This document shows positions 25,230-40,748 of a DNA stretch of 64,000 nucleotides, piece after piece (positions within the stretch are counted from its first letter, which is position 1; each line of letters begins with the position of its first letter). The notes beneath the pieces were generated by a model, which saw nothing but the letters and a program-made list of their open reading frames with translations, had not been told where the DNA came from and did not search any database. Position numbers and translations under genes: made by a program. Origin of the DNA: Heptranchias perlo (taxonomy: Eukaryota); assembly GCF_035084215.1 (NCBI RefSeq), contig NC_090325.1, positions 102,982,001 through 103,046,000 of the forward strand, read 5' to 3'.

Positions 25230-25757
25230 TCATAGAATCACGGAAGGAGGCCATTCGGCCCATCGAGTTTGCGCCGGCTCTATGCATGAGCAACTCGGCT
25301 AGTCCCACTGTCGCTCCCTATCCCCGTAGTCCTGTGCATTTTTTCCTTTCAAGTACTTATCCAGTTCCCTTTTGAAGGCCATGATTGAATCTGCCTCCAC
25401 CATTCCCCCGGGCGATGCATTCCAGATCCCAACCACTCACTGTGTGTAAAAAAAAAAGTTTTTCCTCGTATCACCTTTGGTTCTTTTGCCAATCACCTTA
25501 AATCTATGCCCTCTGGTTCTTGATGCCTCTGCCAATGGGAACAGTTTTTCTCTATCTACTCTATCTAGACCCTTCATGATTTTGAACACCTCTATCAAAT
25601 CTCCTCTCAACCTTCTCTGTTCCAAAGAGAACCATCCCAGCCTCCAGGTAATTTAAGACCCTCATCCCTGGAATCATTCTAATAAATCTTCTCTGCACCC
25701 TCTCTGAGGCCTTCACATCCTTCCTAAAGTGCGGTGCCTAGAACTGGACACAATACT
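25230..25757 (-). mobile_element. CR1 3' fragment
   Basis: EQRRLRGDLIEVFKIMKGLDRVDREKLFPLAE, followed by 3' UTR and a catagaatc tail. Ends about 75 nt before the exon-3 acceptor. Confidence 0.9.
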
Positions 25758-25819
25758 GATATGTGTAATGCTTGCTCTGTAGCTGGTGTTGAAGATTCCA
25801 ACAGTTGATTTGTGATTGA

Positions 25820-26026
<207 letters not shown>

Positions 26027-27702
26027 TAAGTGAATTTTAGTTTTTCTGTTAACCATGTTCATTTATTGAAATTTCCAATACACAATATATTTGCATAGAA
26101 ATGACTTTAGTGATGTTAATTATGATTTTTTTCCCCCTTTTAATTACAAAGAACCTAGGGTAGATTTGACAGCCATTCTTCATCATTCTTGCATCCATAC
26201 CCACTCCTACTTGTCTTAATGCTATATTCATGTGTCTTCTACAGTGAATAGAGAGCCCAATGGTTATTAAATGAATTGTCTTTGTGACTTTGTAGTTTTA
26301 ACTTGGAAGGCTGCAGAACCATCAGGTGTGATTTGCTTAAGGGAAAACTCTCTATTTATAATTTGTGTATGTGGTCATGCAAAAAATGCACAAGGGAGTT
26401 TTGAAACTTTCCAAAATTGCGGTAAGCTATTGACTAATTACACAATTGAAGAGAGGTAGATAAATAAGTTGAAAGGGTGGTGTTCAACTTCAACATTTTA
26501 TGGAAGTGCCACAGATAATTATGATTAAGTCCTAGAATCTTGTCTAGGCACTGGTACTTTTCCTTTAGGGCGAGGGGGAAGGAAGTGATTGCACTGTTGG
26601 TAAAATTTAGTGTATGCATTTAAAATGTATATCTTGAAATTGACAGGAGATCTTTTAAAAGTCAAGGTTAACCTGCATTGAAGTAAGCTGTTATGAATTC
26701 TGAGACTAATGTTGATACCACTTATGCTAATCAGTTTGTTCTGTGGAGAACACAGCTGGTAATCTGTTTTATACATGCCATGAACAGTAAAATGTAAAAA
26801 TAGAAATATTGTCAATGTTCTTTTCTAAGATGTATGTACCATGGAGAGGAGAAATAGTTCAACTCCGAGTACATTGCTAGTAGTGCTTTAACTCACAATA
26901 CAACTATGTTTGTGCTATAAATTTTGATAAATGTTACATGGCTGGAATTGTGAAACTTAGTTCCCTTCCAGGTGTAAGAAAGCTTAGTTGTAAAGGTTGC
27001 TATTGTGAAAGTAAATATTGTGTGTTTATAGATGTGAGCATATAAGGGGTAACCTGATGAATTTGCCCTGCTGGTGAGTAAAGCTGTTTGCCAAGAGTGC
27101 GGACTTGTAAAATGTAGTCCTATATTTTGTTTAAATGTGTAATTTAAAAAAATAGTTTAATGGAAATCATGGAACTTAGCTCACTACCATTATGTTGCTT
27201 GAGCAGCCTTTTCAGATGTAGAGATTTAAAGAAAAACTTGTACTAAGGCTATTTTAGGTTCATAGTAATTCTAAGAGCAAGTTTAACAAAGTTTAGATCT
27301 GCATTTTTGGGCTTAGATCGAATTAGTGTGCGCAGCCAAATTTTGCTGCTGTACATAGAGAAAACTTTACTTCAATTTCATATCTTAATTATAGCAATAT
27401 TGCGATTATTGTATGAGTGAGGATGATTTGTGGCAGAGGTTGAGTGTAAGTTTTGGTCATTGGGATATCGCACAGTGTGACTTTTAAATTATACCTCAAA
27501 CAGTTCAGCAAAACAGTTGATTTTCAAGATGTTGAAAGCAAACCTGTGGCACATCGAGGCTATTTTGTTTGAGATATTCTTCAAAGTTTTTTGGCTTGTG
27601 TTTATTGCAGCTTTGAACAATTTGTCTCTCTTGGTGATGCCTCCATTGGATTGTTCAATAGAAAATTCCTTTGTGCAGCTGTATTTGAATACAGAGCAGT
27701 AA

Positions 27703-28340
<638 letters not shown>

Positions 28341-29571
28341 TATATGAATAGACATCCATTGTTTAACTTGGGCCTTTGAATATATCAGTATGAAGAAGAA
28401 AACGAAGCTATATCTGGAAAAGGCCCTAAAAAGTTACAAATTTGCCAAAATTTCAAGTTTGATTTATGTCCTCCACTTACCATTAGGATCCAAGACTTGA
28501 GTCTTGAATGGGGAGACTAGTATTTGCAACAATGTTTTTTGATGTAGTTGGCATGCCATCTGGTTATCCACTTGTGTCACTGTGTTCTACATGATCTCCC
28601 TTCCTCTCTTCACCACCAACCCCCCCCCCACCCCCACGCCAAGCAAATGCAGAAAAGGCACTTCTCCTAGGATGTGTTTTCCATTCCTTTTCCCCAAGGC
28701 CTGGTTAAGATGTTTCTCTCTAGCTCTCGTGTTATAGTCAAGAATTCACCCGAAAGTTTCGGAAAAAGTAGTGGTCTGTGAATATCTGTCTTAATTTAAA
28801 TACTGTTGGAAATATCAGTGAATATTTTCGGTCTTGGCCATTTGTTCTCTGTTTATCAGAATTGGATGACACACTTTTTATCTTACTGTTTTCTTTCTCT
28901 GTTCCAATAAATGGGTGATTTCCCAAATGACCTGGAAGCTGTACACTCCATATTATGTTTTCACACAACCATGTAGCTGACTGGCTATGAATTGCCCACT
29001 TGCAATATTTTGCTCATTGAATTAAATGTGGTACATTAGCAAACACTCTGATATTAGCATGCAGATACAATACAATACATGACCACTATTCTCCCATACC
29101 CATGATATTTTGTGTAAATTACAACGAGCAGTTTAAACTTCTCTGCACATGTATGTAAATTCTCCCAGATTACCACTAGTACTGCTTGGAAATGATCCTT
29201 ACGGGCTGTTCCTTTTAGGTAGAAAGGTCAAAGTGACAATGAGTCAAATTGATGGGTTTACCCAAGGATCAACAGAGGCTCTGGTTAGAGCAGCTGGACC
29301 AGTGTCAGACAAATTTTACAGTGTCTGCTTCCCTCAGTTGTTGGAAATGTGAAAGTATGGCACTGAGTGTTCTCCTTTTGCGTCAAAAGGCCTTGTAGGC
29401 TCCCAGTACTAGACACCAGATTATTTGTGATCTACAAATTGCTGCATGTGATATGACCAGCCCAAGCTTTTGCTATGAACTTGCAATAATTGAGATGAAC
29501 ACTGTTCTTTCAAGATGCAAGTCCCTTTCCTCCTGTGCCTCACTTTCTTGAGGATAAAAAGCCCATGTATT

Positions 29572-29985
29572 GGGCTTCCTCCAATGGTTCAGTTCATTAA
29601 AGAAGTGAGCAGCTGAGCCTTACAGACTAGGATGGTATCCAAGTTCAGTTCCCTAGTCTCTGCTGAAGTGGCTGATCTCAGTCAGAGTAGCAGTAATGGT
29701 ACTGTAGTTGGCCTCTGCTTTGGATTAGGGAGGGAGAAATAACCCAAGGTTTCTACTGCTGGAGTTTTATGATCTCTTTTAGGTATGTCTATATGTGGAC
29801 ATTAGGTAAGGATGGGATGGTGCTTGGCTATGATGTTCCTTTAGGTCAAATATCTTGCCAAGATTCACTGTCTGGGGTCACACCTAAACAGTGGTTATTT
29901 GGCTAAGATGCCTGAGCTACTACCCAAAGATGGAGTCATTGCTTTTAAGGGAACAAATAGGCAAGGGGGAATTTAAAAAAAAATG
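29572..29985 (+). repeat. Ancient SINE-like repeat (unnamed family), longest copy
   Basis: Degenerate tRNA-like head (tggttcagt...gttcagttcc). Body collinear with 45550-45870 and with the reverse complements of 14135-14390, 47200-47450 and 54455-54765. Confidence 0.5.
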
Positions 29986-30540
29986 CCAATTCACAAGAAA
30001 TGTGGAATCAAAGTCCTAATGACCTGTAAATACGATTGATCAAAGAGCTGTTTTTATATCCCCTCAAAAATATTACAACCCAGTCTGACCAATTTACATG
30101 TCTACGTGCAGACAGCCGTACTGTAACCTGCTTGATCAACAAGTTATAAATGACACTTGTGTGAGAAAAAGGACATCATTTAAATAAGTTTTGCTTTGCA
30201 GGGTTATAGCTTCAATCTGTTTAATTACAATCTCTTGGGTTCCTGAAAAATTACTGTTTGGAAGCTCTTATGATTTAACAGAAGTAGTCAATTGCTACCT
30301 TTTGCTATTTGGTAAATAGGATTGCACACTAGATGCATTGTCATGCTTCCTGCTGTGTGGTTAAAGGTTGTTCTGCTTTACAGGCAGTAGAAGCTGAGAA
30401 ATGTGACAATTTACTTTTACGTCCAGCAGTAATGTTTCTTTTTAGAGCATTGTGGTTCTTCTGTTCTATTTTTCTCCCAGGAGGCAGTTTTATATTTTGG
30501 AAGTTTAATGGTTGTGTCGTCTTATGTGAATTGAGACTAA

Positions 30541-30828
<288 letters not shown>

Positions 30829-31007
30829 TAAATGTAGCTGTGTGCTTTTGTATTTATATTAGCAAGGGCTCTAATGAAGCAGATACTTGCAGCTTTCCGA
30901 ATCTTCCATGGGCCAAGAGGTCTTTGCGGCATTCAATCAAGAAACTTAAAAATTGACATGCAAGTAATAAGCGAGACAGAATGGTATTTTGATATCCATG
31001 GTCTAAG

Positions 31008-31368
31008 TATAGAATCATACAAAGTTATGGCACAGAAGGAAGCCATTCGGCCCGTCATGTCCATGACGGCCGAAAAAGAGCTATCCAGCTTAATCCCACT
31101 TTCCAGCATTTGGTCTGTAGCCCTGTAGGTTACGGCACTTCAAGTGCAGGTCCAAGTACTTTTTAAATGAGTCGAGGATTTCTGCCTCTACCACCCTTTC
31201 AGGCAGTGAGTTCCAGATCCCCACCACCCTCTGGGTGAAAAAATTTCTCCTCAGCTCCTTTCTAATCCTTCTAACAATCACTTTAAATCTATGCCCCTCT
31301 ATCTAGGCCCCTCATAATTTTATACACTTCAATTAAATCTCCCCTCAACTTCCTTTGTTCCAAAGAAA
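31008..31368 (-). mobile_element. CR1 3' fragment with internal deletion
   Basis: RRNFFTQRVVGIWNSLPERVVEAE; same 3' UTR as 38160-40748 and 53073-53820. Confidence 0.88.
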
Positions 31369-32148
31369 GGTAGAGGCTATAGTTTTTGTAAAATCATTTT
31401 GGGAAGACTTTGAGTATAAAATGTTAATGCTAAGTACAGATTAAATTGATTGTATTAAACCACTATTAATATGGTAACTTTAATATGAGGATTGAATTCA
31501 TAGATACTGTGGTGAATCTTTTCTCTTGCTATGGTCACCAGTTTCCCAAAACCCCCTCTCCTATCCCAGCAACAAATTAAAACATGTAAAATGTGCCTTA
31601 TCCATTGAATTCTGATCTGCGAAGGGAACTGGATGGACGTTGCACAATGCTCTTTCACCTTTTGAGTCCTGCTTTCAAATTCACCCTCAATGATTTGATG
31701 AAAACCTTTAGTCTTATGCTGCACGTTTCCCAGGTTAAAATTATTTAGGGGCATATTTCATGCTAGCTCTTTATGGGCCTGTGCCTACAGATTAATGTGA
31801 AGCCATGAAAATTTTACACTGATGCAGTGGGGAAAGGATGCTCGGGAGGTTGGCATTACACAGAGGCAAAGTAGAGGGAGCTTTAATCTGCATCCAACAT
31901 ATTCTGTACCATACCTGAGTAGTGCTTGATGTTGATATTGGCAGTGGTCAAAACAACAATTTATATTTATATAGCACTATTAACATTTAAAAATGTTTCA
32001 AGATGCTTTACAGAGGGGTAATCGAACACAAATGAGGAGGAGATATTTGGAGGGGTGACCAAAAGCTTGGTCAAAGAGGTGGGTTTTAAGGGGGAGAGGG
32101 AAGTGGAGGTTGGGAAGAAATTCCAGAACCTGGGGCCTGTAGCCTGTA

Positions 32149-35100
32149 ACAATGTAGCAGTAAAGGAGGAGGTAGTAGTGATATTGAATAGGATAAAAAT
32201 AGATAGAGGAGGTACTTCAAAGGTTCGTGGTATTCAAAGTAGAAAAGTCACCTGGTCCAGATGGGATTCATCCTTGGTTACTGAGGGAAGTAAGGGTGGA
32301 AATTGTGACTGCTCTGGCCATAATCCTCCTTTAGAAATGGGGGTGGTGCCAGAGGACTGGAGGATTGCCAATGTTATACCCCTGTTCAAAAAAGGGGTGA
32401 GGGATAAACCCGGCAATTACAGGCCAGTCAACCGAACGTCGGTGGTAGGGAAACTTGAGACAATGATCCAGAACAAAATTAATTGGCACTTGGAAAAGTA
32501 TGGGCTAATAAATGAAAGTCAGCACGGATTTGTTAAAGAAAAATCGTGTTTAACTAACTTGATTGAGTTCTTTGATGAAGTAACAGAGAGGGTTCTTGAT
32601 GGTAGTGTGGTTGATGGACTTTCAAAAGGCATTTGATGAAGTACCACATAATAGACTTGTTAGCAAAATGCAAGCCCATGGGATTAAAGGGACCGTGGCA
32701 GCTATTTAGCCAAGGGACAGAAAGCAGAGAGTAGAGGTGAACAGTTGTTTTGCAGACTGGAGGGAAGTATGCAGTGGTGTTCACCAAGAGGTCAGTATTC
32801 GGACCAGTGCTCTTTTTGATACATATTAATGACCTGGATTTGGGTATAGAGGGCTTAATTTCAAAGTTTGCAGATGACACGAAACTCGGAAATGTAGTAA
32901 ATAATGTGGAGGAAGCAACAGACTTCAGGAAGACGTAGACAGACTGGTGAAATGGGCAGACACATGGCAGATGAAATTTAATGCAGAGAAGTGTAAAATG
33001 ATACATTTTCGTAGGAGGAATAAGAAGAGACAACATAAACTAAATGGTACAATTTTAAAGGGAGGGCAGGAACAGAGAGCCGTGGGGGTGTACGTGCACA
33101 GATCTTTGAAGGTGGCAGGACAAGTTGAGAAGGCTGTTGAAAAAAGCGTATGGGATCCTGGGCTTCATTAATAGAGGCATAAAGTACAAAAGCAAGGAAG
33201 TTATGCTGAACCTTTTATAAAACACTAGTTAGGCCTCACCCTGGTGTATTGTGTTAAAATCTGGGCATCACACTTTAGGAACGATGCCAAGGCCCTAGAG
33301 AGGGTCCAGAAGAGATTAACTAGAATGGTACTCAGTTATGTGGAGAAGCTAGGGTTGTGTTTTTTTTTGTTCATGGGGTGTGGGCCAGCATTTATTGCCC
33401 ATCCCTAATTGCCCTTGAGAAGGTGGTGATGAGCCGCTGCAGTCCGAGTGGTGAAGGTTCTCCCACAGCGCTGTTAGGTAGGGAGTTCCAGGATTTTGAC
33501 CCAGCGACTATGAAGGAACAGCAATATTTTTCCAAGTCGGGATGGTATGTGACTTGGAGGGGAACATGCAGGTGGTGTTGTTCCCAAGTGCCTGCTGCTC
33601 TTATCCTTCTAGGTGGTAGAGGTCGCGGGTTTGGGAGATGCTGTCGAAGAAGCCTTTTCAAGTTGCTGCAGTGCATCCTGTAGATGGCATACACTGCAGC
33701 CACTGTGCGCCAGTGGTGAAGGGAGTGAATGTTTAGGGTGGTGGATGGGGTGCCAATCAAGCGGGCTGCTTTATCTTGGATGGTGTCGAGCTTCTTGAGT
33801 GCTGTTGGAGCTGCACTCATCCAGGCAAGTGGAGAGTATTCCATCACACTCCTGACTTGTGCCTTGTAGATGGTGGAAAGGCTTTGGGGAGTCAGGAAGT
33901 GAGTCACTCACTGCAGAATACCCAGCCTCTGACCTGCTCTTGTAGCCAATGTATTTTTGTGGCTGGTCCAGTTAATTTTCTGGCTGATGTTGATGGTGGT
34001 GGATTTGGCGATGGTAATGCTGTTGAATGTCAAGGGGAGGTGGTTAGACTCTCTCTTGTTGGAGATAGTCATTGCCTGGCACTTGTCTGGCAGGAATGTT
34101 ACTTGCCACTAATCAGCCCAAGCCTGGATGTTGTCCAGGTCTTGCTGCATACGGGCAGGGACTGCTTCATTATCTGAGGGGTTGCGAATGGAACTGAACA
34201 CTGTGGAATCATCAGCGAATATCCCCATTTCTGACCTTATGATGGAGGGAAGGTCATTGATGAAGCAACTGAATATGGTTGGGCCGAGGACACTGCCCTG
34301 AGGAACTCCTGCAGCAATGTCCTGGGGCTGAGATGATTGGCCTCTAACAACCACTGCCATCTTCCTTTGTGCTAGGTATGACTCCAGCCACTAGAGTTTT
34401 CCCCCTGATTCCCATTGACTTCAGTTTTAGTAGGGCTCCTTGGTGCCACACTCGGTCAAATACTGCCTTCATTTCAAGGGCCGTCACTCTCACCTCACCT
34501 CTGGAATTCAGCTCTTTTGTCCATGATTGGACCAGGACTGTAATGAGGTCTGGAGCTGAGTAGTCCTGGCGGAACCCAAACTGAGTATCGGTGAGCAGGT
34601 TATTGGTGAGTAAGTGCCGCTTGATAGCACTGTCGACGACACCTTCCATCACTTTGCTGATGATTGAGAGTAGACTGATGGGGCGGTAATTGGCCGGATT
34701 GGATTTGTCCTGCTTTTTGTGGACAGGAAATAGTTGGGCAATTTTCCACATTGCCTGGTAGATGCCAATGTTGTAGTTGAATTGGAACAGCTTGGCTAGA
34801 GGCGCGACTAGTTCTGGAGCACAAGACTTCAGCACTACAGCCGGGATGTTGTCGGGGCCCATAGCCTTTGCTGTATCCAGTGCACTCAGCCGTTTCTTGA
34901 TATCACGTGGCGTGAATGGAACTGGGTGAAGACTGGCTTCAGTGACGGTGGGGATATCGGGAGGAGGCCGAGATGGATCATCCACTCGGCACTTCTGGCT
35001 GAAGATGGTTGCAAACGCTCCAGCTTTGTCTTTTGCACTCACATGCTGGACTCTGCCATCCTTGAGGGTGGGGATGTTTACAGAGCCTCCTCCTCCCATT

Positions 35101-36215
35101 AGTTGTTTAACTGTCCACCACCATTCATGACTGGATGTGGCAGGACTGCAGAGCATTGATCTGATCCGTTGGTTGTGGAATCACTTAGCTGTGTCTGTAG
35201 CATGTTGCTCCTGCTGTTTAGCATGCATGTAGTCCTGTATTGTAGCTTCACCAGGTTGGCACCTCATTTTTAGATATGCCTGGCGCTGCTCCTGGCATGC
35301 CCTTCTACATTCCTCATTGAACCAGGGTTGATCCCCAGGCTTATTGGTAATGGTAGAGTGAGGAATATGCTGGGCCGTGAGGTTACAGATTGTGCTGGAG
35401 TACAATTCTGCTGCTGCTGATCGCCCACAGTGCCTTATGGATGCCCAGCTTTTTGAACTGCTGGATCTGTTCTGAATCTATCCCATTTAGCACAGTGGAA
35501 CACAACACATTGGTTGGTGTCCTTAGTGTGAAGACGGGACTTGGTCTCCACAAGGATTGTGTGGTGGTCACTCCTACCAATATTGCCATGGACAGATGCA
35601 TCTGCGACAGGTAGATTGGTGAGGATGAGGTCAAGTAGGTTTTTCCCTCGTGTTGGTTCACGCACTTGTTGCAAGCCCAGTCTCAGTGATGTCCTTCAGG
35701 ACTCGGCCAGCTCGGTCAGTAGCGGTGCTACCGATATTGTAGTCCCCCACCCAGAGTACTTTCTGTGCCCTTGCTACCCTCAATGCTTCCTCCAAGTGGT
35801 GCTCAACATGGAGGGGGACTGATTCATCAGCTGAGGGAGGGCAATATATGATCAGCAATTCTCAGAGCAGAGAAGGTTAAGAGGAGGTTTGATAGAGGCG
35901 TTCAAAATCATGAAGGGTTTTGGTAGAGTAAATAAGGAGAAACTTTCCAGTGGCAGAAGGGTTGGTAACCACAGGACACAGATTTAAGGTGATTGGCAAA
36001 AGAGGATGAGGAAACATTTTTTTTAGGCAGTGAGTTGTAATGATCTGGAATGCACTGCATGAAAGGCTGGTGGTAGCAGATTCAGTAGTAACTTTCAAAA
36101 GGGAATTGGATAAATACTTGAAGGGAAAAAATTTACAGTGCTATGGGGGAAGATATCTCTTTCAAAGAGCCGGCACAGGCACGATGGGCTGCCTTCTGTG
36201 CTGTACCATACTGTG
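32149..36215 (+). mobile_element. CR1 LINE (32149-33357 plus 35858-36215), interrupted by a family-D LINE
   Basis: VPEDWRIANVIPLFKKG, QHGFVKEKSCLTNLIEFF, SKFADDTK. The sequence gagaagctagggttgt resumes as tctcagagcagagaaggttaag at ~35858. Confidence 0.88.
33358..35857 (-). mobile_element. Family-D CR1-group LINE (partial endonuclease, RT and 3' end)
   Basis: IYCPPSA, WVGDYN, LLDLILTN, SDHH (APE); KAMGPDNIP, NYRPISLLSIISKVME, GVPQGSVLGP, IFADD, IYKAQVRSVMEYSP. Clearly distinct from the classical CR1 copies; exact clade not determined. Confidence 0.9.
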
Positions 36216-38159
36216 ATACTAATGTGGATCAAGGCATTGCAGGGTGGAGGATGTACAAGAAGCTAGAGTTAGAAGAATGGAGAGTTCTGGGGCGAGGTGT
36301 TGTAGGTCTGGAGGAGGTTAGAGATAAGGAGCGGTGAATGACATTAAACACAAAGATGAGAATTTTAAATTTGAGGCATTGGAGGGATAGGGAGCCAATG
36401 TAGGTTAGCAAGGACAGAAGTGATGAGTGGTACTTGTGGGTGATATGATGCGGGCAGCAGTGTTTTGGATGAATTGAAATTTATGGAGCGTGGAAAATGT
36501 GAGGACGGATAGGCGAGTGTTGGAATAGTAGTGTTTGGAGGTAAAGGCACAGGTGAGAGTTGCAGAGACAGACAATGTTACGGAGGTGGAAGTGATCTTT
36601 GTGATAGAGATGGTATGGGGTTGGAACCTCTGCTTGGGGTTGAATAGGAATGCGAGATAGTGAACAGTTTGATTTGACCTTAGATGGTGACCAGGAAGGT
36701 GATGGAATCGGTGATAAGGGTACAGAGTTTGTGGTGGAGACTGAAGGCGATTGCTTCGGTCTTCCCAATGTTTAATTGGAGAAAACCCAAGACTGAACGT
36801 CTGACAACACAGGCAGTGGAGGGGGTCAGGCGAGGTGGTGGAGAGTTAGAGTTGTCTGTCGTCAGCATACGTGTGGAAGCTGACCCAATGTCTTTGAATG
36901 ATTTAGACAAAGGGCAGCATATAGATGAAGAGGAGAAGGGGGGCTTTGAGGAACTCCAGAGGTGTGGGAAGAGAAGCCATTGCTGGAGATGCTCCGGTTG
37001 TGATTGGATATCCAAGAGTGGAATCAGGCAAGGGCTTTTGCATTGGGTTTTAAAGAAGATGCAGGAAGTGTGGAACAAGGTGATGTGCTGGAAGGAGAAG
37101 AGGCCAAGCTGTGATTCGATGACTAGGGCCATGCTACGACCACAGCAGTTTGGGCGGGGCAGGCACGAAGGCTTCAGTAAGGGCAAGGTGCCTCCACCCA
37201 CAAGCCAAGTTTCATTCAAAGCCACAATAAGGTCGTGGATACAAGGGCCTCATTTGCAAGTGAACAGACATTCTGGAACAAAATGTGGAGGGGGAAGTGA
37301 TTGTTGATCTGCTGGCAAAGTCAGAGGAGGCAATGGTGGGTGGGGTTAGTGGGAGGGAAGGAAGGAGGCTGGTGAATTTAGCCCCCAGCAGGCATGCTGG
37401 TTGGGAATGTCAGCGAGAGGGGAGGATGGGACAATTGGGGTTGCTCCTCAAAAGGGGGCCTCGATGGGCTTATAGGAGAATGCTGAGATGTACAGCGAGC
37501 ACGTTGTGGGCGTATCTAAAGAGGATTCAAAACTTGGGACGGTGACAGGAGAGTAGGAAAGTAAAGGAGTAGTGATGGGTTGTGATAGGGATGATGGGAT
37601 TGGGGGTGGGGGGTGGGTGCAGTGTACATGAGAAATGAAAGGTGACATGACTAGCTGACCGGAAGAGAGGGAGAGTGGGGTGTGGGGCCCGAAAGGGGAG
37701 ATGGAAGCAATGGACTTGGGGACTGGAGTGGCAGTCAAAATGCACGTATGACTGGACACAGGGAATTCAGATTACATAGGCATGACAGAGATTACGGAGC
37801 CACGACCTGGTTATAAATTGAGAAGAGACAATCTGAGTCCAAAGTTGAAGCCTGAGGTTCAGTGCTGGGATGAAGTTGACTTGTAGACAGGGTGGTCAGC
37901 TTGGGAGGATTGATGAACCAATATCCAGGTTTGGAGACCGTTTTGGAGAGCAAGTGAATCCAGGAGTAGTTGGAGGGGCAGAATATCTGGGATTTGGTAT
38001 ACCAGCAGAGGAGTGCAGAACAGTGGGTGTGAAACAGAAGGACCGAGAACAGTGACGTCAAGGGAGCTAGAGGATAGTTCAAATTAGAGAGCTGGTTCAA
38101 GGAACAGCTCTTTCGAGGTGAGGAGCATAGAGCAGTTCCTTGCATTTTGGTGGTAGAGA

Positions 38160-40748
38160 TCATAATTCAGTTAGTTTTAGCATAGTTATGGAAAAGGACA
38201 AAGATCAGCAGGAGTAAAAATTCCCAACTGGGGCAAGGCCAATTGTACTAAGCTAAGAAGTGATTTAGCAAAAGTGGACTGGATACAGCTACTTAAAGGT
38301 AAATCAATGCAAGAGCAGTGGGAGGCATTCAAGGGGTGCAGTGTAAACATGTTCCCACAAAGAAAAAGGGTGGGACTGCCAAATCTAGAGCCACCTGGAT
38401 GTCAAGGAGCATACAGGGTAAGATAAGGCAGGAAAGGAAAGCTTATGTCAGATACCAAGAACTGAATACGGCAGAAAGCCTATAAGAATATAGAAAGTGC
38501 AGGGGTGAAATTAAAAAGGAAATTAGGAAAGCAATGAAAGGGCATGAAAAAATATTGGCAAGTAAAATCAAGGAAAACCCATAGATGTTTTATAAATATA
38601 ATAAGAGCAAGAGGATAACTGAAGAAAGAGTAGGGCCTTTTCGAGACCAAAAAAAGGTAACCTATGTGTGGAGGCGGAAGATGTTAGTATGGTTCTTAAT
38701 GAGAGGCGATCTTATTGAAACATAAGATTGTGAAGGGGATGCGGTAAGGATGTTCCCAAGGATGGGTGAAACTCGAACTAGGGGGCATAATCTTAGAATA
38801 AGGGGCTGCTCTTTCAAAACTGAGATGAGGAGAAACTTCTTCACTCAGAGGGTAGCAGGTCTGTGGAATTTGCTGCCCCAGGAAGCTGTGGAAGCTGCAT
38901 CATTAAATAAATTTAAAACAGAAATAGACAGTTTTCTAGAAGTAAAGGGAATTAGGGGTTACTGGGAGTGGGCAGGAAATTGGACATGAATTTAGATTTG
39001 AGGTTAGGATCAGATCAGTCATGATCTTATTGAATGGCGGAGCAGGCTCGAGGGGCCGATTGGCCTACTCCTGCTCCTATTTCTTGTGTTCTTATGTTAA
39101 TACTTTGAGTCTGTCTTCACAAAAGAGAGGGACAATGCAGAGATTGTGGTTAAGGAAGAGGAGTGTGAAATATTGAATGGAAGGAACATAGTGAGAGAGG
39201 AAGTATTAAGGGGATTAGCATCTTTGAAAGTAGATAAATCACCAGGGCCGGATGAAATGTATCGCAGGCTGTTAAAAGAAGCAAGGGAGGAAATAGTGGA
39301 GGCTCTGACCATCATTTTCCAATCCTCCCTGGATACAGGTGTGGTGCCGGAGGATTGGAGGACTGCTAACATTGTACCATTGTTTCAAAAGGGAGTGAGG
39401 GATAGGCCGAGTAATTACAGGCAAGTTCAATCTAACATCAGTGGTGGGCAAGTTATTGGAATCATATCTGAGGGACAGGATAAACGGTCACTTAGAAAGG
39501 CATGGAGTAATCAAGGACAGTCAGCATGGATTTGTTAAGGGAAGGTTGTGTCTGACTAACTTGATTGAATTTTTTGAGGAGGTAATAAGGAGGGTAGAGC
39601 ATTTGATGTAGTGTACACGGATTTTAGCAAGGCTTTTGACAAGGTCCCTCGTGGCAGATTGGTCAAAAAAGTACAAGCCCGTGGGATCCAAGGGAGAGTG
39701 GCAAGTTGAATCCAAAATTAGCTCAGTGCCAGGAAGTAAAGGGTAATGCTTGACAGGTGTTATTGTGACAGGAAGACTGTTTTCATTGGAGTTCCACAGG
39801 GCTCAGTACTTGGTCCCTTGGTTTTTGTGATACATATTAATGATTTGGACTTAAATGTAGGGGGCATGATTAAGAAGTTTGCAAATGATACAAAAATTAA
39901 CCGTGTGGTTGATAGTGAGGAGGACAGCTGTAGACTGCAGGAAGATATTAATGGACTGGTCAGGGGGGCAGAAAATTGGCAAATGGAATTCAATCCGGAG
40001 AAGCGTGAGGTAATGCATTTGGGGAGGGCAAACAAGGCAAGGGAATACACAATAAATGGGAGGAAGTGAGGGACCTTGGAGTGTATGACCACAGATCCCT
40101 GAAAGAAGGCATTTGGAATACTTTCCTTTATTAGCTGTGGCATAGAATATAAGAGCAAGGAGGTTGTGCTGGAACTGTATAAAACACTAGTTAGGCCACA
40201 GCTTGAGTACTGCGTACAGTTCTGGTCACCACATTCCAGGAAGGATGTAATTGCACTAGAGATGGTACAGAGGAGATTTGTCAGGATGTTGCCGAGACTG
40301 GAGAATTTTAGCTGTGAGGAAAGATTGGATAGGCTAGGGTTGTTCTCTTTAGATCAGAGGAGGCTGAGGGGTGATTTAATTGAGGTGTACAAAATTATGA
40401 GGGGCCTAGATATAGTGGATAGGAAGGACCTATTTCGCTTAGCAGAGAGATCAATAACTAGGGGGCATAGATTTAATGTGATTGGTAGAAGGATTAGAGG
40501 GGAGTTGAGGAAAATTTTTTTCACCGAGGGTGGTGGGGGGTCTGGAACTCACTGCCTGAAAGGGTGGTAGAGGCAGAAACCCTCAACTCAATTAAAAAAG
40601 AACTTGGATGTGTATCTGAAGTGCTGTGACCTACAAAGCTACGGACCAAGTGCTGGAAAGTGGCATTAGTCTGGGTGGTTCATTTTCGGCTGGTGCGGAC
40701 ACGATGGGCCGAATGGCGGCCTCCTGTGCCGTAAATTTTCTATGATTC
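38160..40748 (+). mobile_element. CR1 LINE host, interrupted at 38700-39097
   Basis: KSPGPDEMY, VPEDWRTAN, GVPQGSVLGP, KFANDTK, LVRPQLEYC. The 3' UTR ends ttctatgattcta. Confidence 0.92.
38700..39097 (+). mobile_element. Young CR1 (GTTCTTAT tail), copy 3, nested
   Basis: MFPRMGETRTRGHNLRIRGCSFKTEMRRNFF is identical to copy 2. Tail ttcttgtgttcttatgt. Confidence 0.92.
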
